DNA of 64,000 nt from Hamiltosporidium tvaerminnensis FI-OER-3-3 (lineage: Eukaryota > Fungi > Microsporidia). Both the position numbers and the translations under genes were made by a program. Where the stretch lies: the NCBI GenBank assembly GCA_022605425.2, contig CM061255.1, forward strand, positions 496,001 to 560,000. The letters run 5' to 3'. Under the pieces are notes generated by a model, which saw only the letters and a list, made by a program, of their open reading frames with translations, was not told the origin of the DNA and did not search any database. Positions within the stretch are counted from its first letter, which is position 1; each line of letters starts with the position of its first letter. Shown piece by piece: positions 38,770-52,700 of the stretch.

Positions 38770-41700
38770 GAAATCCGGTATAAAATTCTTTATCGATTTT
38801 AAATGCATTCTACTATTTTAAACACTTAATCATCTTTCTCTAAATCCGGCTTGCCATTTATGTTAATTGTTGGCTTCTCCGCTGTATTTATGCCATCTAA
38901 AAAATGTGTAAGATATTTTTTTGTGTTTTGTGTGTTAAAAATATTTTCCTACTTCTCTACTTGCTTTAAAGAGGGTGTTAATTTTTCTTGCATTCTAGCT
39001 CCTTGAATAATCCAAATAACGCGCTTTCACAGCCCTATTCGGCATTCGACCCTGACTCAAGTCCTCTTCGTGATCAAAAAAAAAATTGTTTTGACTGTCT
39101 TCTTGACTACTATTGATTGTGTATATGCCTTATTATCCATGTTTATTTGTGCTCTTTTGGCATAATTATTACGGTATTTCTGGACAATACCGTCCCAGGT
39201 CATCACATAAGGAATTATTTCTACACCACAGTTAAAAACAAGACCCAACTCATTTGCGCATAGGTCGTACTTATTAGGGATTTCTCTTTACATACTCGAA
39301 GAGAATCTTGGGAATTAATTTCTACTAAATGAAAATTATCATATTCTGACTCTTGTCCAAATAAATATATCTGGTCTATTGTTTCAAATCTTTACAGCAG
39401 TTTTTATTCTAGTTCTTTCTCCATTCTCTGCATACTCTTTATTAAGAATTTCTTGAACTGAATGGCTTCTAATTCGATTGAAAACATAAAATTATATTTA
39501 TTTAGCAAGAGTGAATGTATACAACTTTCCCACTATACCGGAGCCAGAACAGGCTCGAATTGTTATCTGCTTTTCGTAAGAGACAACTCAAAAGAGGAGT
39601 TGTTCAGCTTGGAGTCGAAGGTAGGCCTAACAATCCACCCAGTAAAACCACTTTGTCTCGAAACCCGAAAAAGTAAACAAAAACAATTAAAATAGACTGG
39701 TAGGCGATATTTCTGAGGGCGTCCAGGTTCGCTCAGAGGCTAGTGCCGATTATGTTAAAAATGAAATGTATGTATCGCATCAATACATTGCTTCATTAGT
39801 AATGTCATGCCCAAGCATTTTTTCACATCTCGTTGCTAAATGGTCTACTGTTTTTCTAGACGTGTTGCAGTGTTGACACACATCTTCTGCACCCCAGAAT
39901 ACATTTCTATCCTGGATATAGAAGAACACTGCTTCATCAGGTGGTCTTACACTTCCTTTCTTTGATCATCTTGAGGAGTCATTCACACTTACCAACTAGC
40001 TACTCCTGGTATAATATAACTTTAAATGTAGTTTCGTTCTTCAATTGCTTTTTATAGGTAGCTAGTTAAGCTTGTTTAAATTTCTTTCTTGGGACTTTCA
40101 CTTTCAACCGTGATTCATTTTTAGAAAGTTTTTTATTGGTAAAAAGTGAGTTCAATTATTATTCTCAGCTTTATGATTGCTGGTCTTCTAGTCGATGTAT
40201 TTTTATGTTTTCCAGACAATTCAAGAGTTGCAAAAGCATATGTTCGCTTTTGAACTCACATCATGTGAACCTCTTCCAAGTTCTTTCGTGGAAGTATAGA
40301 CGTTATTTACCTTCTGAGCATATATGTATTGTGTTCTTTACTAAAACTGCACGCACCGCATCATCTAATTTAGAGTAGTCGGCCAGTTCATATAGAATTA
40401 AAATTGTATGATAGTTTAGTAAAATAATTGCATGTATATTGATTGCTTGAAATAAATTTCTTGCATTCAATCTCGTATGGCAAAGTCTCCTTGATCAGGA
40501 TATTAGTGTTTTCTGTACGTCTTTAAATGACGTATACCTAAGATTCCTCTTTTATCATCTATTATCCCAAAGTATTTGCAAACACTTATTCCTGCAAGAA
40601 AAACAGTTGCATCTTCACAGCACGAGGCATTATTAGAAGAATCCCATTTTGATCACCATTTCTTCATCACGCATAAAAATTTTACCCTCTTTTGTAATCT
40701 CTTTCAATGTCTCTATTTTGAATAGGAGCTTTTGATCTTCCATAAACAAGAGATGATTAATAGAACGCAATAAATCGTCTATTTTTACTGTACTTCTATA
40801 TGTTTTCAACCAGTATCGGCGTAAAAAATCTTTACACAATGCAAAAAACAATGTTTACATACTATCGCCTTGCCAAATTCCTATATGGATTTTATTGTTC
40901 AAGTTTTTTTCAGGGACTACTTAAATATCAATTTATAGTTTTGATATTGTTACCTCAATAAGTTTCAAGATTCAATCAAAAAAATTGAGATTTTTGATGC
41001 ATCTAGTTAAACATTCATCAAGTTATACATACATCATCTATCAAATCATAAGCTTCTATGACACCAATTTACGTCACATTAAGATTGTGTACATACTCTT
41101 TATTGATAGCAATATTTAATATAGCCTGCTCTTTTGCTTCTTGCACCTTCAACTGTTCCTAATTAATCATCTGAAAATAAAACTTGGTATTTCACCTAAA
41201 GCTATAATGTTTTTGCAGCACGTCTTGTTGAAAGTTTGTACAATTTTGACATACAGTTAATTGGCAGTAATTACAACCAGCTTTTAGTGTAACATTAGAT
41301 ATCAGACAATTATGTTTACAGTAATACAAGTCAGCTTGAAGCGTTTCTCCAAAAAAATGACTTTCACAATATCATAAAAATTATTTTAAAAGTTTGTAAG
41401 CTCTTAATGTGGAAGTTTTGGATACCACTTATTCAGCAAGATTTTGGTTCGACAGTCAATTGACAATATCTAAAAACTCAAAGCCAAGAAAACATGATCT
41501 AATGAGTATCTTACATGAAAGATATCAAATAATTATCATAAATAACTACTCTATCTTTTTGTTTCACTTTGAAGACCCAAATTCCGAAATTTCTACACAA
41601 TTGATACCATGCTCAGATAATGCGTTCGAACAACCCCCGATATAATTGACCTCGAATAACTTAAACATACGATTTCTTTTTTCTGAATTTCTTCTTACTC

Positions 41701-42540
41701 TCATACCTCGTAATTTTTTTCGTTGATATTCAAGGGCTCATTCTTCATAGCCAGTGCTTCAGAAGATCAGTTACACAGCTCAAGTTTAATCTAAATTAAC
41801 GTATGATTTTCCAGAGACCTTTAGCTTCTTCAGTGAAGCTTTTCCTGCCTAAAAGTCACTCGAGAATATCTTGGGAAACTACACCCCTAGAAATTTTACT
41901 CTCTATGTTTTCATTCTAAGGGGATTTAAGTTATGCTTTTTGTGTCACCTCGTCATAACATACCTGGGCCGCCTTAAAGATTCATGCTAAAACAGTAACA
42001 TTCTTAGACACATGTGATGTAACATTCGCACCAATGATCTGATTTTTGAAGTCTATAAATTTACTATGAATCAATTTATTTCGAGTTTTCTAGTTCGAAC
42101 CACTAATGCGGCTTTCCTTCTCAAGATTTTCTTGATTTGACACATAAAATTTTCTCTCAAGTTAAAATAGAGGTCAGTTTTAGTCAGGGAATATCCCACA
42201 ACGAGACCAGTGGCGATTACACGTCGCTCTCTATTCTCTTCTTTCCATATTTTTTTCTTCCTCATTTTATTTTTTATTTCTTAACACTTCGATATCAACA
42301 ATACAGCCTACTTGGCCACTATAGTACCTAAGAATTACAGACTAGCCATTTATGGGCTTTTAATCAAATATTTTTTACACGGATAGAATAGCAGATCTAG
42401 AATATTCCTGATAACGGCCGTGACAGATTCAAGTATCGAATGTAATACTATAGTCGTTTTCCTTCTGCACTTGTAGCCGTATTAAAGTTTTCCACAATAT
42501 TGGCTTGTCACACGCATAAGCATTGGTTTAGGAAGAAGAG
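38770..42540 (-). mobile_element. Old, heavily decayed near-full-length R4-type LINE copy
   Basis: Colinear similarity to 49739-53553 (EIIPYVMTWDGIV, ERRVIATGL, RT-region remnants). Many stops and frameshifts. 3' end lies just past the RPS3 stop; boundaries approximate. Confidence 0.85.
39525..39760 (+). mobile_element. Second RTE-like bipartite SINE nested in the decayed LINE
   Basis: CTGCTTTTCGTAAGAGACAACTCAAAAG...CTAACAATCCACCCAGTAAAACC...GGCTAGTGCCGA aligns to the reverse complement of 33099-33316. It interrupts the LINE near the RHNEVVRC codons. Confidence 0.6.
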
Positions 42541-43836
42541 ATTATATCGTCAAACGAAAAGACTGAAATAGCCCAGTTATAGTATAATTTAATAAAAAAA
42601 TAGTCGAAACCAAATAATAAGTTTTGCATAATTTATTTACTTTTAATTAATTGTGGCATATAAAACAAAATATAAATAAAAGAAAATGTTCTTTCACACA
42701 TGCAAACAATGCCCGATACATCGTATCAGGTCGGATAAAATGTATCAGCAGGTCAGAGTGGGCATGCGGTTGACGTTTGAAACACCCTGAATTAATTAAA
42801 AATTAAATAAAAATATCTCTTTGTAAATCAATCTAAGATATATGCTGAGATGCAATTATATGCTCGTAACAATAGATTATAAATTGTTTCTAGTGGCTTA
42901 GTCAAACAAATAACGGATATATAAATCATTTTTCCAGAGATCAAATTATCAAAACAACTTGATTTTACATTATTTTCCTAACGATCTCTCTTATATTGTT
43001 CACATTTTACCAACTTTGCACTTCTTGTTTGACATTTAATTATAATTCTTGGCAGATGTGTTTTTTACCCCTTTCATTCCCGACTTAGTTGAATACATGT
43101 GCGGATTAATTTCATAATATTGCATTTCTCTGTGATTTTTACCATTGAAAAAGCCAGATTAATCTTGCACTTTTCTGTATATTATATTTATTTAATAGCT
43201 CGCTCTTTCCCTGCAGATAAAACACAATCCAAGGATGAATCATAGCTTCGTCAAGTTGTAGGCGTTTAAATACAATTTTCTTTTGATTGGTTAGTTTGAC
43301 AGCTTCACGCAAACTTTCCAAACGGAGGATATAGAATGCATAAACCGGAGAATCAAACCCGACTATTCGGAAGTAAATTTCGATATCCTCACCACTAGAC
43401 ATTTGGCATCTTTTTCTATATTTATAGAATTTTAATATACTAGTTGCAAAAAAATATCTTTGAACTGATATTTATATTATTTTAATGCAGAAAAAATTTC
43501 ATGGTATCAGAAATAAACTGTTTAAGTTTTTTTTGCTAACATGTATTTTGCGCCTCAAAACAGGGTATATTTTCTTTATTGAAAGATTGTTGCAAATACT
43601 ACCTATGTTTAACAAAAATATACTTTTTCTTAGTCAAATTGCTCTAGGGTATGCATTAAGATAATCTAAAAAATTTTGAACTCTTAAAAAAGGTAAAATT
43701 ATTTCAAAAATTATTTTTTGAATTACTTATAAAAAAAATCTCTTAAAATCAACTTCTGGCAATTCAAGCAAAGAAAATTTTGTTTTACAATTTGAAAATA
43801 GTTTAATAATTTAATTATCTAGTAAGAAAAATAAAT

Positions 43837-44637
43837 TTATACATCCATAAAAAGAAAAAGTTCTTTTTCTCTTCTTTGCACAAAAAAGTCTTTGACTTTA
43901 AATCTTGAATCATTGCTATGGATTACGTGTGACATTACACTTTCAAAATCAAATAAATCAAAAAAAACATTTAAGTCTAAATCAATACAGTTATCAATGA
44001 TCTCTAGAAACTTATAAGGAAAATTATCTATTAAAGAAGGTCCAATATTCGAACAATTTTGTGTAGATATTGAAGGTTCATTTCTTTCGCTAGAAGCTAC
44101 CAAATAAAGATTGTCAATTTGATATAAACCATCGAAGATGCTTTCGGCTTGGCAGGTATCATTTATAAACAAAACCTTACCAACCCTCTTGCATATATAC
44201 ATTATTGCCTTTTTTATATCTGGATATAAAAGATATTCTCTATTACATAATTTAATATATCCCTCTCCGCCATGCCCACACATATAAATAAATACATTTG
44301 AAGTTTCATCCAAGTCATAGATTTTGCTATTTTTACAGTAAAGAACATTTAAAATGTTATTTATAGTTAAATTGAAAGGAATAATATCTATTTTCTCAAA
44401 ATGTTTTTTTGGGTTAAAATATATTTTGTCATAAATATTTCTTGGATCTTTCGTGATATCTTCATAAGAAACAATTAATATTTCAGTATCTTCAAATCCA
44501 TTTTGTTTTAATGCGGAATAAAATGCTAAGATATTCGAGGTATGCCTGTAATTGTGAAAATATCGAGATCCATTTATCAGAATTGCTATATTTTTTGTAA
44601 GAACATATTTAATTAGAAAGAATATTTTATATTTCAT
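43837..44637 (-). CDS. GPI8: GPI-anchor transamidase catalytic subunit (peptidase C13)
   Basis: SRYFHNYRHTSN, FIYMCGHGG (catalytic His), INDTCQA (catalytic Cys). N-terminal signal-like segment. Confidence 0.92.
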   Translation of the reverse strand: MKYKIFFLIKYVLTKNIAILINGSRYFHNYRHTSNILAFYSALKQNGFEDTEILIVSYEDITKDPRNIYDKIYFNPKKHFEKIDIIPFNLTINNILNVLYCKNSKIYDLDETSNVFIYMCGHGGEGYIKLCNREYLLYPDIKKAIMYICKRVGKVLFINDTCQAESIFDGLYQIDNLYLVASSERNEPSISTQNCSNIGPSLIDNFPYKFLEIIDNCIDLDLNVFFDLFDFESVMSHVIHSNDSRFKVKDFFVQRREKELFLFMDV

Positions 44638-45090
44638 TTAACTTTATGGGCAAGAAATTATTAGATATTTTCAACATTCAAATAAATTGAAAATCGAGCT
44701 TGGTTATACATTAAACCTACGAGAAATATTTTTTTTATTATAATTATATTTTAAGCTTTTAAAATCAGATACTTACAAATAAATTTTTTTGTTGAAATAA
44801 CAAATCACATAAAAAATTCAAATTTTAATTATGATTTATCGCTTAAAAATAAACTGTCTTCTTATTTTTTAAGCTTACTTAGAAATAAAATATTAATTGA
44901 ATTGTTTATATCTAGTTATTAGAAATACAAATTTCCAAAAAGAGATTTCGGAATTCTTTGATACAATAAACGGGAATCTGGTTTTTATATCCTTTCTATG
45001 ATTATACAAAGTAATCTGAAATAACAATATTCTTTTTTCTAAAAATTTTAAAACTAAAATATTGTTTACTAATTATATTTCAACTCTATA

Positions 45091-45822
45091 GCGGAGGGAG
45101 GATAACCAAATAAAAACCTTTCTGCTTTGCAATGAGTGTGTGAAACTGAAGGGAAGATCATTGTTTGGATTTTTGGTGGGAATAAAACCACACTAAATCT
45201 TCGGTTGTTCCATGGGAGTTGTTATGAGAAGGAGAGGTCTAAGAAATGAAGAAACCTTTTTTATAAATTTATTTGTAGTTTTTTTACGTAACCAGATTGC
45301 ATAGCGCAGCTGAACATGTAGGTAATTGCCATGTAAAAGCATGGAAACCTAGCCTTGCTCACTCGGGTTAGAAGACTTGGCGCCTGGGAGATATAAAACA
45401 AAAAACTATTTAAAGCCGGGAGAGCTAAGTAGCAGGTTATATCTGTTGGTATGACATGGCACTGTCTAGGTGAACCCCATGTAAATCTCTGAAATATATA
45501 TTAGCTAGAAGTTTATTGGGTTCAGAAAGTGTAGCGTAAGTGGGAATGTTGCATAGTATTGGGGGGGGAGCCCAGGATAGGCTTCGGCCTTCGATCACAC
45601 TCCATGTAACGGATATTAACGAACTCGGGAAACTGCCTCGCCTATTAATAAGGTTCTACGCACCTGGTAGATGAAAGGCTTTGGAATGTATGTATCGCAA
45701 GGGTTACCGATAGAGTGTTGGGGTAGCAGTTATTTATGTTAAACCTAGACCTCCGTTAATGTCATGAACACAAATATAACACTTACTACTATTTTAAAAA
45801 GATGTGATACTTTAAAATAAAG
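45091..45822 (+). mobile_element. ~730-nt non-coding SINE-like repeat, copy D
   Basis: Full-length copy. 13-bp TSD TTTCAACTCTATA at 45078-45090 and 45823-45835. Confidence 0.92.
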
Positions 45823-48270
45823 TTTCAACTCTATAAATTAGAAAGAGCGATTCTAAATAATTTACTTTTAACTTTAAAAACTATAGAAATCAACTAGAAT
45901 TTCACTTATTTTTTGTAATAAGAAATCTAACCGATATGAAAATAATGACCTAATATATTTATTTTTTTTGTTTAGAAATAGAGAGTTTTAGTGCGTTTTA
46001 CTCAAACAATCAAAAACGAGAATTTAATCTTAATAACAAAATAATTGGTAGATTTTGAACCTTTTTTTGTTTTTGATTATATAAATACACTTTTGGTGAT
46101 TTTTAATTGATACTTAAATGTTTTTATATATTTCATTAATTTTAATAGACAAAATAAAGATTTCCAGGATGAAAAATATATTAAATACTTACGTGATGGG
46201 ATTATATTTCTTAGAAAATATGTTATCCTACAGAATAATATAAAGAGTATATTAATTCAGAAAGTTAAATTTTTTATTCTGCTATCGGATAGTTACAGGC
46301 TAATAATTCCATTTTATGAAACCTAGGATCGTTATTTAATAATGATAAAAATAAGATTTTATTTTGATATACAATTATTAATGTAGATAGGCATGTTTAA
46401 ATAATAGTTTTATAAAATCAACATTCAAGGAATCAAGTAATTCCTTAAGATTGGCTTTTTTTCGGAATTTAAATCTTCTTTAAGAAATTGTAAAAAAGTA
46501 TATTAATATAAATTTTCAGAATACTTTATTGCATTTTATATAAGCAACTTAGAGATCAGGTATTAGATTATAGTATATATACACTATAACGCATATATAA
46601 ATTATCTAGGCAATCACTTAATAGCTTATTAAATATTTTTTTAGAAACATTTTTTGCGGTAATTTTAGCAAAAAACACTTAACTAAATATTTTAACTCAA
46701 ATTAACAGCAAATATTTAAAAAAAGTCTGGAACATATTTTGGTTCTATTCTTTAATATTATTAATATCAAGTTTTGCAATTATATGAAGGATGATATACA
46801 ACTGATAATGCTTATATAACACTTCCACATATGCAGTCAATATACATACAGTTTTTAAATAAAATGGACTGAGGTTTTTAACGAATAAAAAAGTAAATCA
46901 AAGATTAAAATAAGCGAGATACTTTTAAAAATTTTTATATTCAAATAAAAGTTAACATGCTGTATGAAATATCAAAAGAAAATAAATCGATCGTTTGCTT
47001 AAGATATTTATTGGAAATATATAGTGTTGGATTGATATATCATAATTTATGACTTTAACAAATAAAGTAATAATTATAAAAAAGAAGGTGAAAGTGCACT
47101 AAAAATTTGGAAATAAAAATTCTTGAAGTATCTTGGAATAGGGTAGGTACGTTTTTATAGTTCATAAATTATTATTTTCCAAAATCATCATTAAGAAATA
47201 CGTTTACTCTCAATATGTTTTTTTTATAAATACACTACATACTCTTATCTTTAAATATTTATAGGAAATTTCGATTGAGTTTTTATTTTAATACTAAGCC
47301 TTAATTATTTACGCACTACATTATTTTACATAGATATACGTTGCGGAAGTTATGCTTCTATGTGCTTTTGACAAATCAATCAAAATTTACAATTTAAAAT
47401 TAAATATTTCTAAAAAATACTATTTGCGCAACTTTTCATCAAAAACATACTATACATGCGTCAGGAAATTTAAAATCGCTTAAGATAATTTTATTTTCCA
47501 TATTTAAAGATTTTTAAAAAACTACACAATAAAATCAAATTGAAGTTGAACTTAAAACAAAAATATTGTATGTATTAAAAATACTCAATTTCAAAATTAT
47601 ACACAAAAGCATATTTTATTACAGTGTGTTGAAAAAAGGTGAAAATTAGGGGTTTATCTACATTTTAAACTAGAATAACTTGTAGATGTCAAATTTCAAA
47701 ACTTGATATATTTTTATTGATCTATTTTTTTAGCTTCCAGCAGTTAGACTATAAAATTTACCAGGTTTAAAGTTTGAAAACATTTGCTAATTATTTAGTT
47801 TGGGATATAGCAGCTTATCGTATTAGCTTTTTAAATAAAAAAAATCGAAATTTAAAATTAAATTTACTTGCAAATTAAACTTTTAAAATGTTGTCAAACG
47901 AGCTATGTATCCAAATTACTATTTTATTCCATTACTTTTTAATATTTTGGTCCCCAAGATGACAAATGAAATTTTTCTATGTGTTTCGTTTAATCTGCCT
48001 AACTCGAGACTATAGAGGGTCGATCTATAGACAAGTGTGGTTTATATCCCACTAAAATTGCAAAATTGATTTGATCACCAAATATACGTACTCGTTGACA
48101 ACCAAATAGTTTTTAACGGAGCTATCTTCTCTTCACTTTATATATTGAACGAAGAAATCAAAATATATTTTGCATTTTCATAAGTTATGAAACAGGTTTT
48201 TTATTTTAAAACAAACTGTATTTCAGTTTCGTGTGCGGCTGTATATTTGTGATAGAGATATAGGGCATTT

Positions 48271-48980
48271 CCTTATTTCAAAATCAAACCTTTTAAAAAA
48301 AGTAGTCGATTTATATTTCACGATACCGGATCATACTTCCTGATTATAGACAGATATTGCTCTTAAACATTCTTTCATTGTTCTTTTTATACCTAAATCC
48401 GAAATAATTTTATCCAAAAAGTTTGAATGGCAACTATAAAGGTCGAGCATATGCCCAGTGTTCCTCATGTTAAGTATTTTTGCTTGTGATCGAAGGTTAA
48501 AAAATATGTTTGACATAAAAAAACCTAGCAGCATTTTAGTCTACTCCACACACTTCGAAAATAATAGACTCGCAGATGAGATATATATTGTGATTTATAT
48601 GATACTACAAGAAATTGAAATGTTATAGTAACAGGTATAACCGGCTATTTACTTTCATGACTCTATTAGAATATGTTCTTCTGTATTTCGCAGAGTCTAA
48701 GTCTTCTTACTCTAGCGAAAAACTTAGTTTTCCAAATTTAGCATGAAATTTATTACCAACAAGTTCAACCGTGGGTTACAATCTAGTTATATAACAAACT
48801 ACAAACTTTTCTTGTGAAATTTTTTACTATTCTAAATTCATTTTTTTATTGTAAAAATTTTCTTGTAAAACCATAAATGTGGTTTAGTTTCAATCCTACC
48901 AAAATTAAAAAAAAAATTTTCAAGTCAATTTACCCCAATAAGGCAAGTAGAAAGTTCTTAAAGTCTTTATTTTCATCATC
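48271..48980 (-). mobile_element. ~730-nt repeat, very old copy E
   Basis: Minus strand keeps colinear blocks AACTTTCTACTTG, AGAAGACTTAG, GGTTATACCTGTT, ATGCTGC and CCTTCGATCAC. Confidence 0.65.
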
Positions 48981-49738
48981 GTTTATAATAAAGATGAATC
49001 AATATAATGCATTGAAATTCGAGGTGTCGGAGTTAAAATTTTACTTCTGAATTTTTTTTCATTTTTCTGCAAAAACCATAGGTATTAATACAATTCTAAA
49101 TTGGTATTGAATTATATTTAAAAGATTTATTTTATTTAAAAAGATTCTAGAAATTACAAAGTAAATATTTAGATTTATCTATAAACATCCATTTTCGTAG
49201 ATTTTCAAACATTTTAGTTCTTTTAAAAAATATTAATACAATAATTTTAGTTTTAAATAAAGAAAGTAAAATTAGTTAATCTCTATGTTTAACATTTTCT
49301 AAAAATGCGCAAACTTATTATATTTAAAAATATTCCTTTATTATACCGATTGGGACTTATAATCTGAAAATATTTCATTTTAAATTGCCTTTATTACGAA
49401 AAATTTTAAACTGCGAATAAATTTCATATAATTACTTCTTTTTAACGGTTTTTAGATTTTATTTTCAAAAGTAAGATTTAATAGTTTATTTGAGATATTT
49501 TGTAAAAAAAGTTTGAAATTAAAACATAATCGGTAGCTTATCTTAATATTAATATATGATGTATGAAAATCAATACTCCTGTTCATTTCTAGTTTTCATT
49601 TTTACTAAATTTTATTTCTCAAAGTAATTTCATTTTGAATTAAATTTTATTTTCATGCCATGATATTATAAATATAGGAAATAGAAAAATACTTTCATAG
49701 TAAAAAAATATAAACAATTTTTATCCAATTTACAAAAA

Positions 49739-52700
49739 TTATTTATTTAATAAAATTCTGGGTTAAAATATTTTTAACATTTTTATATGTTTTCTTCTAC
49801 CTCTTTAACCACTATTGTTTCTTCTTCCAAATCCGACTCTTCATTTATGTTATTGGTCGGTTCCTCCAGAGTGGTTCCTCCTTGTGAAATAAGGGGTGTA
49901 TTATTTTTTGGTTTTAAAATTTTAACACCATCTTCCTCTCTTTTCGCTTCTTTTAAAGGGGGTATTGGTTCCTCATGCATCTCTGATCTCATAATAACAC
50001 CCATTGACGCTCTCTCCCAGCTCTCTTCGGCATTTAGTCCTGACTCAAGTCCTCTTCGTCGATCAAAGGAAATTGTTTCGACTGTTTTCTTAAGTACTAT
50101 AGACTGAATGTATGCCTCTACATTCATGGGTATTTCTAGTCTTTTAAGATGAGATTTATGGTATTTTGTCACAATACCGTCCCAGGTCATCACATAAGGG
50201 ATTATCTCAACACTACACTTATAAATAAGACCCAACTCATTGGCTAGCAGGTCATACTTCCTAAGTTTTTCAGTTTCAACTATTTGAAGTGAATCTTGGG
50301 AAGTGATTCCTACTTCAATGAGTGTTATCTTATTCTTCTTCTTATCTAAAATAAATATGTCCGGTCTGTTATTCCGAATTTTAACATCAGTTTTAATTCT
50401 GGTGTCCACTCTTATCTCTGCATACTCATTATCAAGAATTTCTTGAACTGAGTGGCTCCTTATTCGTTTTGAAGACTTAAACTTATATCTATTTAGAAGA
50501 AGAAGGTGTAGGCATCTGACCACTTCATTATGCCGTCTAGTGTAATCATGGCCTAGCATTTTTTCGCATCTAGTTGCTAGATGATCCACAGTCTTACCAG
50601 ACTTCCCGCAATGTTGACACACACCATCTGCTCCCCAGAATACATTTCTATCCTGGATATAGCAGAACACAGCTTCATTTCGTGGCCTAATATTTCCTCT
50701 CTTTAGCCACCTTGAAGAGTCACTAACACTCACAAGCTCATTTTTTCTTGCATTATATAACTTTGAATGGAGTTTTCGTTTTTCTATTTCGTTATATAGT
50801 TTTGCAAGTTGAGCTTCTTCTAAACTTTTCTTAGTGACTTCTTCTACCAACCTGTACTTTACTTTTAAGAAGCCTTTTATTAGTGCAAGATGGGTTTTAT
50901 TATTATTCTCCACCTTGAGGATTGCTGCTCGTCTAGTTGATATTTCTTTACTTTTTTCCAGACAATCCAAGAGTTGCAGAAGCATATGTTCGCTTCTCAA
51001 CTCAACACTATGTAGGCCTCTTCCAAGTTCTGTTCTAGGAAGATACAACCGCTCTTTACATCCTGGGCGGAGATGTATCTTATTTTTAACCAACACCGCA
51101 CGCACTGCATCATCTAACTTAGAGAAGTCAGCCGGTTCAAGTCGAAGTACTCCTATGTGGTAGTTGATTAACGATATCGCATGTTGATTGATTGCAGAAA
51201 ATAAATTTTTTGCATTTAATCTAGTGTGACAAAGTCTTTCAACTCTTGATATAAGTTTGCTCTGTACTTCTTCAAATGAGCTACGTGTTGGGATTCCTCT
51301 GCTATCTTCTATTATTCCTAAATATTTGTAAACACTAACACCTTCTAGAAGAGTAGCAGTATCTTCACAACACGTATCATTTGTGGCTGACTTCTCTTTG
51401 TTAATCTCTAAGCCAATCACCTCTAAAAATTCCTTTGCCTCGCCTGTCATAGCACTCAATGTGGAGCTGTCTTTTGCAAGGAGCTTAAGATCATCAATAA
51501 ACAAGAGATGATTAGTAGAATGGGATTCTGCATCTGTTTGTACTGTCACTTTTGTGTATTTTTCATTAAGCTTTCGGCTTAATGGATCCATACACAACAC
51601 AAATAACAAAGGTGACAGACTATCTCCTTGTAGAATCCCTCTATCAATCTTCTTGCTCATGATTTTTTCAGGCCCTACTGATATATCAATTTTCCATTTT
51701 GATATAATTACCTTAATAAATTTCAGGATCCAATCAGGTAAATTAAGGTTTTCAATGCATTGAGTTAAATAAGCATGATCTATTGAATCATAAGCTTTTT
51801 TAACATCAATCCATGTTGCCTTAAGATTATTTCCATACTCTTTATTTAAGGCAATATTCAGTAGAGCCTGCTCTTTCGCTCCCTGCACACCTCTTACCGC
51901 CCCTAATTGGTTCTCTGCAAGCAACCCTCGCCTTTCCACTTCAAGTTGAACGACCTTTGTTACACACTTTGTCGTTAACTTGTAGAGGTTGGACATACAA
52001 GTGATTGGCCTGTAGTCAGAGCCTCTTCGTGGAATTCCTTTCGGTATCAAATACGTAAGCCCGCAGTAAAACCAATCAGCTTGAGGTGTTCCTTCTAAAC
52101 ATATAACTTTCACAATATCATAAAGATATTTGTGAAGAGTTGTAAGTTTCTTAATGAAAAAATTGTAAATACCATCAATTCCAGCAGCTTTCCAATTGGG
52201 AAGCCAATTAATGATATTTACAAATTCATCAAGTGAAGGAAACGTGGTCGGATGATTATCTGATACAAATGGAATCAAATAATCATCGTACGTGACTGTG
52301 TCATCATTTTTGTTCCACATTGTAGACCAAAAACTCACAATTTCATCACGGCTAACCACATGCTCAATTTCTACACGCTCAGATAACCCACGATAAAATC
52401 GACCTCGGAAAAGCTCAAACATACGATTCTCTTTTCGGAATTGCTTCCTACTTTCATGCATCGTAATTTTTTTCTCGTAAACATTCAAAGACTCATTCTT
52501 CTTAACTAAAGCCTCAGAAAGATCAGTTACGCTGCTCAAGTTTAAATTAAACTCTCGCATGATTTTCTTAAGGCTCTTCGTTTCCGAAGTGGAGAGCTTT
52601 TCCTGCTTACGCGCCTTCTCGAGAAGATCTTTGGAAAGTACTAACTTAGAAATTTTACTTTCTATGTTTTCCTTCCAAGCGGATCTAGGCTTTTCTTTGC

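Noticed and set aside
42700-42790. GC-rich patch resembling a DNA-transposon end (reverse complement CAGGGTGTTTCAAAC)
   Set aside because: No matching second terminus or transposase identified.
43139-43402. 87-aa ORF with ATG start
   Set aside because: No recognisable homology or upstream CCC motif; left unassigned.
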